Origin: Stegostoma tigrinum
Lineage: Eukaryota
Length of the DNA: 64,000 nucleotides
Assembly (NCBI RefSeq): GCF_030684315.1
Contig: NC_081369.1
Location: 10,144,035 to 10,208,034, forward strand
Reading direction: 5' to 3'
A program made the translations under genes and the position numbers. How positions within the stretch are numbered: position 1 is the stretch's first letter; every line of letters begins with the position of its first letter. Positions 24,801 to 37,574 of this stretch are shown here, one piece after another. Below the pieces are notes generated by a model. It was not told where the DNA came from. It did not search any database and was given only the letters and a program-made list of their open reading frames with translations.

Positions 24801-26215
24801 AAGCTTCCTCGTCATCTGCTAACCTGCTAATCTGCCTTGCAGTAATTGTTATTCTCCCTGTACGCTCACTTGTCCCTGCCCCACTACTCAATAGTTTAAA
24901 GTCCTATTAACCAACCTATTTACCCTTTTCACCAGAACACTGGACACTGCCCTGTTCCAGTGGAGTTCATCCCAGCGGTATAGATCCCTCATGTTCCAAA
25001 ACTGATGCCAGTGCCCCATGAAAATGAAACCCTCTTTCCCACAGCACTCTTTTAGCCACATGTTTACTTCCCTGACCCTCACCTCCCCACGCAAATTTGC
25101 ACGTAGCTTTGGTAGCAATCCGGAGATTATGATCCTTGAAGACCTTTATTTTTTAAATTAAGTTGTTCCTGGCTTTTCATAATCGTGAAACAGGTCTTTT
25201 TTCCTAGTCCTGCCGATGCTGTTGGTACCTATATGGACCAAAACAACTGGATCCTCCCCCTCCCTCTCTCGTATCCTCTCAAGCCAGTCAGATGTCTCGC
25301 ACTCTGGTACTGGGCAGGCAACTCACCAGGCATGATTTGCTATCCTGCTCGCAAAGGATACTGTCTACCCACCTGAGGATGGAATCCCCTACATCTACAA
25401 TCTGTTTTTTTTTTGCTTCCCCCTCTTGAATGGCCTCCTGGACCATGGTGCCGTGGTCAGTTGACTCATGCATCCCGCAGCCCTGTTCCTCATCCACGCA
25501 GGGAGCAAGTGCCTCATACCAATGGGACAATTTCAAGGGCTGCGGCCCTTAAGTTCCTGTCTGCAGGGTCCCTCTACCTGCCTCATTCGCAGTCACACAC
25601 TGCTTTCCCTGCCCACCAATTAAATTAACATTAGTTAATCTACCAGGTGTGGCTGCTTCCTGGAACACAGCATTCAGGTATTTCTCCCCTTCCCGGATGT
25701 GCTGAAGTGCTTGGAGTTCGGATTCCACATCATCAATTTTGAGCCGGAGCTCCTCAAGCACACTGGCTGCAGATGTCGTCACTGCCGTTCTCAATGGGAT
25801 CAGGCAGCTCCGACATCATACAGCTACAAAACGTCACCTGGCCTGCCATCTCTACTTAGTTAATGAAATAAAATTAATTAGTTATTTTTAGTTTTCCAGT
25901 TTTCTCTGCACCAGTAAGTTTACTCCGTAATATACTCAGACTCCACTTGCCTTCAAACTCGCACCCAAAGAATTTGGTGTCCAGGCGACCACCCTGAAAG
26001 ATAACAAAGAAATGAGGGGGGAAAAATGCAAATAGCTTACCTGCTCACCACACTTAGCCGTTATTATTAGGTTAGAGGAGGTGGAAGGGTGGGAGGCACT
26101 GCGTGTGTAGTGTCTCAGGTATTAGTTAACTCCCAAATTTCTTGGATGGAAGCTTACAGTTGCAGGCTGCCCTCACGCTTTCTCCTGGACCCATGCCGCC
26201 GAAACAGTTGACATT
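21810..26215 (-). mobile_element. Near full-length CR1 LINE (ORF1 esterase + ORF2 APE-RT), disrupted
   Basis: ORF1 SGNH-esterase-like 'IVDVGDSILRWVD..CLPSTRVRDI' and 'GHWHQFW..DLYRWDELHWN'. ORF2 APE 'MGDFN..NHSMVEF'; RT 'QHGFMKGRLCLTNL..LDFQKAFDKVPH..GVPQGSVLG..KFADDTK'. 3' UTR at ~21810-21900. Confidence 0.92.
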
Positions 26216-26245
26216 TCCGCCGACAGACGAACACCATCTTCAAGG

Positions 26246-26978
26246 GAACAAGACAACAAAATGTGAGGCTGGATGAACACAGCAGGCCAAGCAGCATCTC
26301 AGGAGCACAAAAGCTGACGTTTCGGGCCTAGACCCTTCATCAGAGAGGGGGATGGGGTGAGGGTTCTGGAATAAATAGAGAGAGAGGGGGAGGCGGACCG
26401 AAGATGGAGAGAAAAGAAGATAGGTGGAGAGAGTATAGGTGGGGAGGTAGGGAGGGGATAGGTCAGTCCAGGGAAGACGGACAGGTCAAGGAGGTGGGAT
26501 GAGGTTAGTAGGTAGATGGGGGTGCGGCTTGGGGTGGGAGGAAGGGATGGGTGAGAGGAAGAACAGGTTAGAGAGGCGGAGACAGGTTGGACTGGTTTTG
26601 GGATGCAGTGGGTGGAGGGGAAGAGCTGGGCTGGTTGTGTGGTGCAGTGGGGGGAGGGGACGAACTGGGCTGGTTTAGGGATGCAGTAGGGGAAGGGGAG
26701 ATTTTGAAACTGGTGAAGTCCACATTGATACCATTAAGCTGCAGGGTTCCCAGGCGGAATATGAGTTGCTGTTCCTGCAACCTTCGGGTGGCATCATTGT
26801 GGCACTGCAGGAGGCCCATGATGGACATGTCATCTAAAGAATGGGAGGGGGAGTGGAAATGGTTTGCGACTGGGAGGTGCAGTAGTTTGTTGCGAACTGA
26901 GCGGAGGTGTTCTGCAAAGCGGTCTCCAAGCCTCCGCTTGGTTTCCCCAATGTAGAGGAAGCCACACCGGGTACAGTG
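26246..26978 (-). mobile_element. Young 5'-truncated Penelope-like element with 11-bp TSD
   Basis: Open GIY-YIG frame 'CTRCGFLYIGETKRRLGDRFAEHLRSV...GINVDF'. Direct repeat CATCTTCAAGG at 26235-26245 and 26979-26989. Confidence 0.9.
26313..26346 (-). ncRNA. Minimal hammerhead ribozyme motif in Penelope terminus (intact core)
   Basis: Minus strand reads CT CTGATGA A GGGTC TA GGCCC GAAAC GTC AGC: perfect CUGAUGA/GAAA core, GUC cleavage triplet, palindromic ACGT. Hammerheads in Penelope termini are established. Confidence 0.8.
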
Positions 26979-27374
26979 CATCTTCAAGGAAATAGCGACC
27001 TCGTCTGGTCAGTCTGCTTCAGCATTGAGCAAGGCGTTTCACAAATTTCCAAGTTTTGGGGAAATGAGGAGATCACCGACCTTGACGAAAAGTAACAGTC
27101 AAAGGAAATTTTCGAATTTTCCGTGATGGAGGGAAAAAGTTTCATTGCAGAAAACATTTTCATATCACGCTTTTCATGCTCACTGGACTTCCCAAAGTGG
27201 TTACAGCCAATGTTCTCGGTGCAGAGACAGTTTTTTTTTAACTTTCGTGACAGTTCTGACGTAGGAGTCAATTCGCATGATTAAAACTTCCCAAATTAGA
27301 CTCTCGGATTAACTCTTCCGTTCTACTGAAAAGAAGTGATCGTGGACCCTTCACGTTCACACAGGAGGGTGGAT

Positions 27375-27545
27375 GGGGACTTGGGTTAACGTTATATGCG
27401 TAACACAGCGCTTCCGACAGCGTTACTTGCTCAGTCCTGCACTGTAATGTCAGCGTAGATATCTGCTGCTCTACCCTTGAAGTAGGTTGAAGTTGGCTGC
27501 TCTCGCTAACCTACTCCTTACAGAGTGCTACCATCTGATCACCAT
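27375..27545 (-). mobile_element. Old tRNA-derived SINE head (SacSINE1/DeuSINE-like)
   Basis: CCGACAGCGTTACTTGCTCAGTCCTGCACTGTAATGTCAGCGTAGAT...AGAGTGCTACC resembles the reverse of a shark Deu-SINE 5' part. Confidence 0.5.
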
Positions 27546-27969
27546 CTGGTATTCAAATCGATTTATGACAATAAAAATTTGCGGGTGACCTAATCGAATC
27601 AATTGGTAACATGAAGGGATCTGACCGGGGCGATCATTCGGAGAAATATGTTTCTACTTGTGGTCGAATAGTAAACTAGATGACATAAACATAAATAGAC
27701 ATCGTGAAATTGAAAATAGAGTTTAAGCATACGAAACAGGAATAAATGAAAGGATATACAAACTGGATTACTCACGGCTTGTGGGGGAGGGTGTGGTAGC
27801 AAAAATGCCAGAATGTATCGGATGGCCTGAATTCTCAATGTCTATGCTGTGGATTGCTACTGATTGTGTCATGAAAACGAAACATTGCCAGATCACACAA
27901 TTGCCTGACTAATATTTACCAAGAAAAGATAAATTAACCCATCGTCGCACATGGAAAAGTAAAATATTG

Positions 27970-28435
27970 ATCTCATACGACAACTTACATTTATATAGAT
28001 CTTTTGAACCCGAAGAAGAACCCGTATTTCCTGAAGGATTAAACAAAATCACACGCGGTCAAAGAAATACGGATACATAGAGTGATGAAAGACGGATTCT
28101 TGATATGGATTTAAAGATGTGTTATGTTTGAAAAAGTGGAATAAAGTAGCAGTGACGTTTAGGGAGAGAATGTTTGGGAGCAGGGAAGCTAGGAAATGAT
28201 GGCAAGGCGCGGGTAAGATGCAAAATTCCACCAATACGAGAATGGGGAGTGGAGTTACTTGAAGGAGGCATACTAAGGTCGGGAATGACCAGGCCGAAAG
28301 GAAACTCATACGAGTATCAGAATTTTAAATTTGAGCCGATAAAGCATAGGAAATAATCGGAGGGCAGCGGAGACTGCGGAGAAGAGTGAGCACAACTTTG
28401 CGCAGGAAAGGCTATGGACAACAGAGTTTTGGAAT
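27970..28435 (-). mobile_element. Old L2-like LINE 3' fragment
   Basis: Similar, in opposite orientation, to the L2-type C-terminus at 53595-53830 (AATTTTAAAT/ATTTTAAAATT block). Highly decayed. Confidence 0.45.
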
Positions 28436-28439
28436 CAAC

Positions 28440-31400
28440 ACATTTTGTATAATTTGGAAGGTGGTGGAAGAGTGACTGCGTTTGGTGGAAACGGTTATCA
28501 TGTGGCTTGTCAGGGTGTATAATTTTGTCAAGGTATTGATTTATTTCTTTTTTATATTATTTCGGGATTTTCGGCAGGAGTGATCGAGCGAGAGAGAGAG
28601 CACCAGGAAGCTGCCGGGAAGGTAGGTTTTCCCGCTTTAAAAAGCTTACCTCGAGCGGGAGCGGCCTTCGTTTATTTGGGCAGCTGCTGGTCAGACAGGT
28701 GGTGTGAGGTGCATTTGTTTTAATGCGGTAAGTGTACTCGATAAGGCAGATGAACTTAGGGCTTGGATCGGTACCTGGTAGTCGGATGTTATTGCTATTA
28801 CTGAGACGTGGTTGAGGGAATGGCATGATTGGCAACGAGGTCTCCCAGGATATCGATGCTTCAGGCGGGATAGAGAGGGGTGTAAAAGGGGTGGAGGAGT
28901 AGCATTACCGGTCTAATACGATATCACAGCAATACTGAAGGAGGGGACGATGGAGGACTCGAGCAGTGAGGCAATATGGGCAGAAATCAGTATCAGGAAC
29001 GGTGCTGTAACAATGATGGGGCTGTACTACACCAGGCCTCCCAACAGTGAGCGTGAGAGAGAGGTACAGATATGTAAACAGATAATAGAAAGGTGCATGA
29101 GTAACGGGGTGGAGGAGATGGAAGGTTTTAATTTTCCCAACATTGACTGGGATTCAATTAGTGTTAGGGGTCAAGATGGAGCAGAATTCGTAAGGAGCAT
29201 CCAGGGGTGTTTTCCAGAGCAGTATGTATGTAGTCCAACTCGGGAAGGGGCCATACTGGACCTGGTGTTCGGGAATGAGCACGGCCACTTGGTTGAAATT
29301 AAGTAGGGGACTACTTTGGAAATAGTGACCACAATTCCGTAAGTTTTACAATATTTTACAATACTCATGGACATAGATGAGAGTGGTCCTAAAGGAAGAG
29401 TTCTGAACTGAGGGAAGGTCAACGATACCAAAATTCAGCAGGATCCGGGCGATGTAGATTGGGAGAAACTGTTTGAAGGCAAATCCATATTTGGTATGTG
29501 GGAGTCTTTGAAAGACAGGTTGGTTAGTGTGCACGAGAGACGTGTTCCTGTGAAAATTAGGGATAGAAATGGCAAGATTAGGGAACCATGGCTGACAAGT
29601 GAAATTGTGTGACTAGCTCAGAGGAAAAAGGAAACATGCATAAGGTTTAGGCTACTGAAGACAGATGAAGCTTTGGAAGAATATCGGGAAGGTAGGGCGA
29701 ATCTGAAATGAGGAATTAAGAGGGCTAAAAAGGGGCATGCAATATCTTCAGCAAACATGGTTAAGGAAAATTCCAAAGCCTTTTATTCATATATAAAGAG
29801 CAAGAGGGTAACTAGGGAAAGAATTAGCCCACTTAAGGACAAAGAAGGAAAATTATGATTCAAGTCAGCGAAAATGGGTGACATTCTTAACAAGTACTTT
29901 GCATCAGTATTCACCAATGATAAGGAAATGACAGACGTTGAGGTTAGGGATAGGTGTTTCATTACTCTAGGTCAAGTCGGCATAAGGAAGCAGGAAGTAT
30001 TGGGTATCCTAAAAGACATTAAGGTGGACAAGTCCCCAGGTCCGAATGGGATCTATTTAGGCTATTGAGGGACATGAGAGAGGAAATATCTGGGGCCTTA
30101 ACAGATACCATTGCAGCATCATTAAACACAGGTTAGGCCCCGGAGGAGTGGAGAAATGTTAATGTTGGCCCCTTGTTTAAGAAGGGTTGCAGGGATAATC
30201 CAGGTAATTATCGACCGAAGAGCCTGACGTCAGTGGTATGGAAGCTGCTGGAGAAGATACTGAAGGATAGGATCTATTCCTATTTGGAAGAAAATGTGTT
30301 TTTCAGTTAAAGACAACGTGGTTTTGTGCAAGGGAGGTCATGTCTTACCAACTTAATAAAATTCTTTGAGGATGAGACATAGTTGATTGATGATGGAAAG
30401 GCTGTAGATGTCATATACATGGACTTCAGTGAGGCATTAAATAAGGTTCCCCATGGCAGCTAATGGAGAATGTGATTTTGCATGGCGTCCAGGATGTCCT
30501 AGCTAGATGAATAAAAAACTAGCTAGGAAACAGGAGACAGAGAGTAGTAGTGGAAGGGGGTTTCTCATATTGGAGACCTGCGACAAGTAGTGTTCCACGG
30601 GAATGTGTGCTGGGACCACAGTTGTTTGAGATATATGTAATTGAGTTAGACGAAGGTATAGGTGGTCTGACTAACAAGTTTTCAGATGACACGAAGATTG
30701 GTGGCGTAGCAGACAGTGAATCTGGAATGTCAGAGATCACAGCAAAACATAGATAGATTGGAGAGTTCGGCACATAGTGGTAGATGGAGTTCAATTCGGT
30801 CAAATGCAAGGTGATGCATTTCGGAAGATCTAATTCAAGAGCGAACTATACAGTAAATGGAAAAGTCCTGGGGAAAATTGATGCACAGAGAGATCTGGGT
30901 GTTCAGGTCCATTGTTTCCAGAACATGGCAACGCAGGTCAACAGAATGGTCAAGAAGGCATACGGCATGCTTTTCTTCATCAGACGGGGTATTGAGGACA
31001 AGAGCTGGCAGGTCATGTTGCAGTTGGATGAGACTTTTAGACTACTGCATACAGTTCTGGTTGCCATGTTACCAAGAGGATGTTGATGCTTTGGAGAGGG
31101 TGCAAAGGAGGTTCACCAGGATGTTGCCTGCTACAAGGGCGCAAGCGATGAAGAACGGTTGAGTAGATTAGCATTATTTTCATGAGAAAGAAGGAGATTG
31201 AGCGGGGACCTGATTGAGGTCTACAAAATCATGAGAGGTAGAGACAAGGTGGATAACAAGAAGCTTTTTCCCAGAGAGGCGGACTCAATTACTAGGGATC
31301 AAGAGTTCAAAGTGAGAGGAGGTAAGTTTATGGGAGATATGCATTGTCAGTTCCTTATGCAGAGGGCGTTGGGTGCCTGGACCGCGTTTCCAGCGGAGGT

Positions 31401-31590
31401 GGTAGATACAGTCACGATAGTGTCTTTTAAGATATATCTGGACAGGTACATGGATGGGCAGGGGGCAAAGTGATACAGACCCTTAGAAAATAGAAGATAG
31501 GTTTAGACAGAGGATCTCGATTGGCGGAGGCTTGGAGAGCCAAAGGGACTTTACCTGTGCTGTAATTTTCTTTGTTCTTTGTTCTTTATT
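28440..31590 (+). mobile_element. CR1 LINE ORF2 (APE-RT) with 3' tail, disrupted
   Basis: APE 'EAIWAEI..GLYY.RPPN..GFNFPNIDW..PTREGAILDLVF'; RT 'KVDKSPGPNGI', 'SSVPRECVLGP..KFSDDTK'; C-terminus 'GDLIEVYKIMRG'; tail (TTCTTTG)n at ~31567-31587. Confidence 0.9.
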
Positions 31591-31809
31591 ATTGATTCTG
31601 TTCATTTCTATGCATTAATGTTGAACTTGAGGGATTGAGGTGGGATGAATACAGGAAACATAGCAGATGTAGAAAAAACAATGTTTCCAAAGAAGATAAC
31701 TCAGTGTCGCCCGACAGAAGTAATTTGTGAATTTAATTTAATTGAGTCATTGTGCTGGGATAGAATCCGAAATTACTTGACAGTTGCTGAAGGCTCTAGA
31801 GTGAAATAA

Positions 31810-32108
31810 ACAATAGGCAATAGACAATAGGTGCTGGAGTAGGCCATTCGGCCCTTCGAGCCAGCACCACCATTCATGATGATCATGGCTGATCATTCAC
31901 AATCAGTATCCTGTTCCTGCCTTATCCCCATAACCCTTGACTCCACTATCTTTAAGAGCTCTATCCAACTCTTTCGTGAAAGTATCCAGAGAGTTGGCTT
32001 CCACTGCCTTTTGGAACGGAGAATTCCAAATATCCATCACTCTTTGGGTGAAGAAATTTTCGTCAACTCTGTAGTCTAAATGGCCTACCCCTTATTTTTA
32101 AATTGTGT
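31810..32108 (-). mobile_element. CR1 3'-end fragment
   Basis: (CAATAGR)n tail followed by GGAGTAGGCCATTCGGCCCTTCGAG, the CR1 3' hairpin region. Confidence 0.75.
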
Positions 32109-33989
32109 TCCGTTTAAACGGAACAGAAATGGGATAATACCCACATTATATGAGCGAGGAAATACACGGATCCCTACATTGCCTTTCCCATCCTATCATT
32201 GCTCCATTTGAATGGACATGTGTGTGAATGTGTGCACAGCACGAAGGCAAGGCAGTTGAGAAGTGGGGCGGCTGTGGCAGACGAAGATAAAGGAAAGTAA
32301 TCCAGAGCTGCGAATTCTATTTCTCATTTGAAACAAAGTGCTCCCATTGCGGAAAACCGAGTGGATCCTGAGCTCGGTGTCGCAGTCATCTGAGGTCACA
32401 TGTTCGATTCCTAGAGACTGCCCACAATGATGATGTGAGATTCTACGGATCTGTATGCGATGTTTATTGGAGTATATATGCATATGACGATGCATGTGCC
32501 TGTGATTTTTGCAACATAACAGTGACCTTTCCTCATTGGCTCCCACGGTTAAAAATAAAAGTCCCTTTATTTGTAAGTGTGTGTACACGTCTTTATTTTT
32601 ATGTGATTTTGTTTTCAGCCCAAGCTAAAGTCTGTGTATGTATAATGCATCCCGACACCACTTCAGTCATCATTTCATATATATTGTGCCACATTGCCTT
32701 CTGATTCTGCAAAGTCTTTCGTTTGAAATCCTCTTTAGTATTTTAAATATTAATGCATAATATTTTAAATTCCTCCATTCACGACATTGTTTCTGTTCCA
32801 ATTGTGATCTCTAATCCCAAGTGCAATATTTCCATTCCATATTTGGCAACCATGTCTTGAACTACAAGCGTTGAGATGTCTGGAGGCTCATCACGAATGA
32901 AGCCTGTTTATGTTTCCTCTTAAAAAACTTGTCTCCTTGACCAAGCTGTTTCCGTCCAAAATGTTCCTTGCCAAGCGTCCTCGTTTTGTTTTGTACGTTT
33001 GTAGGCGCAATATAAATATTACGTGCTGAACGCGCGTGTCCTGTGGTTTTACTTACGCGTGGGAGTGCCTCCGTTAACATTAGTTCCCTTCATAAATGTT
33101 ATTTTTATTTGTATCACGTTCTACGTTGACGGAGAGCTCAGACCACGCAGGCGCTATTTTCTTTTTGTGCTTCGCTTGAGCTACTATCGCTGCTCAAGTT
33201 TGAACGATTGCAACACTTCTTATTTCAAGAAAGATTCAGTGCAATTGAAGAGAATGGAAACACTTGTGGTGAGATGTTGAGCCAGTTTCAGGTCTGCAAG
33301 TTTAGCAATACTTGCATTTATGAGCTCGAATTTAAAGGAGCGCATTTTTTTTAAAAAATGCATTTCAAGCCTGGCAACTGCGAAACAAGCTTCTCCGAAC
33401 ACGTTCTGCATGTTTTATATTTAGCAAAGCCCCAGTACGCGAACACGGAAAAATGAATGAAAACCGAAGCAATCGTGTTGGCATCACTTCTATGTGAACG
33501 CTACCTCTAACTAACTTTTAGACACGTGTAGCTCTTTGTCCGAGAGCGTCCTATTGAGGAAAATATGAGAGGCGGTAATCTCTGTAATTTATGAAGGGGC
33601 ATCATCCTGTGTGTCGATCTCCTCATTGTTTTCAGCTGTATCATCCAGCAAGTCATCCACCACATTAAACTATATCTTTGAACCGAGAGATGTCCTTACT
33701 GTACACTGGAAGTAACAATGGCGAATTAGTGAATTGAAACAAAATATGTATTTGTGGCCAGAAAGCCCAGTTACTGTTTCGAGCCCAGTAACCCTTCAGA
33801 AAAAAAACAATGGATTTATATGGGTCATATCATGACCTCTTGAGATGCTAATAAACTTTACAGTAAATGGAGCACTTCAGTTGTGTTACTCGAATTCTCA
33901 TGTAGTCATGCTACTCGCATCAAAGTGCCAAAACAGAAGCATCAAAATTAGCGGTACAAAAAATGGCACACAAAACTACAGATTCTGCA

Positions 33990-34185
33990 AATCGGTAACA
34001 AAAGCAGACAAATGCTGGGAAAAATAATCAGCAGGTTTGCAGCATCGTTGGAGAGAAGGCCGAATTGACGTTCTGAGCAAGGGCCACTGAACAGAAATGT
34101 CAACTCCGCTTTCTCTCCACAGCTACTGCCAGACTTACCGAGTTTTTCCAGCAATTTCAAATTCTTATTTGTAATTTGTGATTTG
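33990..34185. mobile_element. Degenerate palindromic Penelope-terminus-derived element
   Basis: AAATGCTGGGAAAA..CAGCAGGTTTGCAGCATC arm and an inverted ..CTACTGCCAGACTTACCGAGTTTTTCCAGCAATTT arm. Confidence 0.6.
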
Positions 34186-34479
34186 GTTTTCACGAAATCG
34201 GCTGAGGGAGGAGATCAGGGATGACCAGGCAACAACAACAACATGATGCTTTAACATGTCGCGAGGAACCCATCCGTCCTGTTTATTCACAAAGCTACTT
34301 GCAGTGAAGGAAAACTTGTAGTTGTAACTGCCCATGTCCCTTTGTATCATGACTAGCTTCCTTTGCCCTGTAAACGGCGTCTAGTGGTGTCAGATCAATA
34401 TGAACTCAAGACCCAGAAATTGAAATCGCAACCGCGATTTTAGGTTCCAGAAATTTCCTGGTTCTGGATTTACGTTGGC

Positions 34480-35150
34480 AACCCCCAACTATCACGATCG
34501 AAAGGGAGGCCCTGAATAGATGTCCCATACCTCAGCAGCCTCCCTTTGATGCAAGCATTGTGGATGAAATCTAAAATCGTCTCCAATGCGCAGTCACAGC
34601 CGACAAACAACTGAGGAGCAGTGTTAGAAGTACGAGATCTCAAACTCACCACCGAGCTCATTGCCTGCAGAGCAAGAGTGGGCCCCATCGTCTGACATGC
34701 TTCAAAAACATAGACCAAAAGCAGCAGAGGCCTCAAATCCCTGTGGATTTTTCATCGGCGCTGTCTTCGTAAAATCCAGCAAACCTTTTGGCAGGAAAAG
34801 CATGGCAACGTGAACGTCCTCTCCCAGGCCAATATTCCCAGTGTCCAGGCACTGGTCACACACACACACACCAACTGCCATGAACAGCCACGTTGGTAAC
34901 ACGTCTCACACATATCTCCCTGAACAAGTGTTCTTCTCCGAGGGGCAAGTGGGAATCTCTTGCCCTGGAATGTACAAACTGGGGAAGAAGCATCTCCCAA
35001 GTTGACGCCATTTGCAAGTGGAGCACCTGGAGGCCAATTCGAAGCGACACAAACAGAACAGAATCCAGAGCATTCCATCTAGCCATCTCCAAACCCCACT
35101 TACGCCGCCAGAGGCATTATTTGTTAACGCACATTTGCAGGATTCCGCGA
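34480..35150 (+). mobile_element. RTE-clade LINE 3' fragment
   Basis: From ~34744 the + strand reads WIFHRRCLRKIQQTFWQEKHGNVNVLSQANIPSVQAL, followed later by 'WESLALECTNWGRSI'. This is the typical RTE post-RT C-terminus. Confidence 0.75.
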
Positions 35151-36649
35151 CAACAGAACACCACCACGCCCAACCACTATCACACTTCCCAAGCCGTGAC
35201 CTCTTCCTAGATGAAGTAAATTACCTTCAATCCTGTGGGACTGCCAAAGGAAAACATTGGGAAGTGAGAACAACAGTCGCTGCAAGAGATCAATTTAAAA
35301 GCACAGTCCATTATCAACGTAACTTTGACCGGCCATAATACCAAGAGAAAAATGCACGCGTAACTCCCTGACGCCCAAGAATGCATCGTTAATTCCAATT
35401 TCCTTTAAGTTTGCAGGTTTTCACATATGCCACTTTGATGAAAAACTGACATACCTGCATTCATGTGGAGCACCTCATTACCTCTCTATAGAAAAATTCC
35501 AATATCTGTCACATTGATTCACACAGGCAAATATGGAAGAAATGGTGCGCACAGTATGCTTTATTCACAACATCAGAAAGCACGTAAGGCTTTTCGCCAC
35601 CACAAAATGCACCAATAGTTCTTCCTGAATTGCTTTCACTGTCACAACGCAGGGAAATACTGCAGGTAATTAGCAAACTGAAAGAAATGATATACAATTG
35701 GCAATGATGTATTAGACCAAAAACTCTGAAGGATATTTTCGCTCCAAAAATATTGGCCAGACACTGTGAGATCTTGACATAACAGCGCTCTAACTGAGAA
35801 GGCAGAGATCCATGGTATTTTATCTGTTGCTCAAAAAAACAAGTCCAGGGACATGTCCATTCGATGGATTAGCTACGGGTCGAGCAAGATGATAAGATTA
35901 GCGGAGGGAGGTGGGTCTGGGTGGGAGCTCTTCGGAGAGTCAGTTTTGGACAGATAGGCCAAATGGCCTTCTTTCACACTGTGGAAATTTTATCATTCTA
36001 TGGCATTTTGCTGTAATTTCATGATTTTGTTTAACTCATACCAAACTTTGCTGAGGAAAAAACTGAGTTTACAAGGTCTGGCACTCCTCCCAAACATCAG
36101 TAAGTAGCAATAAAATTATCTTCTCTCGAAAATAAAGCCGCAGTACATTTCATTGATCGCCACCGACTCTTCTTGCAAACAACTGATAACGGTCTTTGCC
36201 CGTCACCACCCCACACCATACTGCGCCCCACAAATTATATTCCCCAGTTGTGTGAACAATAAAACTCAGCGGGAGTGGCCGGAACAAGTAGTTTAGACGC
36301 ATTCAACTGCAAGCTAGACAAAAGGTGGAATGATAAATTTCGTTCAATAAAGGCGCGAGGAAGATGGAGGGAAATGGGGATTGTTTGTGCGAAAAGATCT
36401 GTCTCCATAATTTCGGTTTTCACAAGAAAACAATAATCGGTGTAAAAAGCACTTTTTTTCATATTTGATCATTGCTCATCAAATGAATGTTATCTACAAA
36501 GAAAATATACTCCTGATAAAAGTCTGGAATTAAAAAAAACTCCCGATGTCAACCAGACAAATGTCGATTTTCATCAAAACAAAGCAATATTCCCCATTCC
36601 AAAGGGCATTTGAGAATCAACCACATTGCTGTGAATCTGGAGCCACGCT

Positions 36650-36948
36650 TCCCCGATGTAGAGGAAACCAAGCAAAGGCTTGGGGACCGTTTTGCAGTAC
36701 ACCTACGCTCAATTCGCAATGAACAACTGCACCTCCCCGTCGCATCTCCATTATCCATCTTCTATCCGCCTCCTCCTCTCTTCCAATTTGTTTCACAACC
36801 CCATTCCCATCCCCTATTTCTGAAGAAGGATCTAGGCCCAAAACGTCAGCCTTGCTGCAACTATGGTGTTGCTTGGCCAGCTCTGTTCATCCAGCTCTAC
36901 ACCTTGTTATCTCGGATTCTCCAGCGTCTGTAGTTCCTCATATCTCCA
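36650..36948 (+). mobile_element. Internally deleted Penelope fragment
   Basis: 'ETKQRLGDRFAVHLRSIRNEQLHLPVA' joined directly to the terminal repeat. Decayed hammerhead CTGAAGAAGGATCTAGGCCCAAAACGTC at ~36820-36847. Confidence 0.8.
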
Positions 36949-36949
36949 G

Positions 36950-37519
36950 GCAAACTAAAGCCCAAGCTGCCCTCATCAGCACTGACGTGGACAAATGGAG
37001 ATGAATATAATTATCAATCTAGTGGCTCTTGCTGGAAACTTTCGTGTTCGGCTGTCGTTAATGATGATGGTGGCATGAAACTCAGAGTTCTCAGAATAAA
37101 CACTTGCTTATGTGAAGAGGAATCGCTTAGGTAAAGGAGCTGGAATACTGTAGCCTGAAGCAATATTTTCAGTAGTAAGACAAGTAAAAGGAAGGTGTTG
37201 ACGGAAGAGATTTTTGGAATACAATGTCCGTGTGATGGCTGAGCAGAAAACAAAAACTTCTGATCTTCATTTGGAAATATTTCAGCAGGGAGTTTGCATG
37301 GGAACTGCGGATAACGAACTCCCACAGATTAGAACAAGCACATCCAATACGCCACATTTGTCACGTAATATCGCATATTGCAGTCTCATGTTTACTATTT
37401 CTACCTATGAAACTTATTTGCTCATCTCCCCACCCGCCCCACCCCTAACCACCACACAGCCACTGAGAATACCGCCTTCGCTTCTACCCAGGAGCCCACT
37501 CTTTTCGCTCATTTGCAAT
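36950..37519 (+). promoter_or_regulatory. Putative promoter/5'UTR of the intact IgSF gene
   Basis: Non-coding sequence conserved with 5055-5570; GAGGAA ETS-like core within 37112-37128; C-rich/ACCACA region at ~37430-37460. Confidence 0.55.
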
Positions 37520-37574
37520 ATGTTGCTGAGAGCAGCGGTTCTATTCATGGCTTTTCTGAATTTGGCTTGGCCAG
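37520..37574 (+). CDS. Exon 1: signal peptide
   Basis: MLLRAAVLFMAFLNLAWP, then G|GTACTC (phase 1). Confidence 0.85.
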
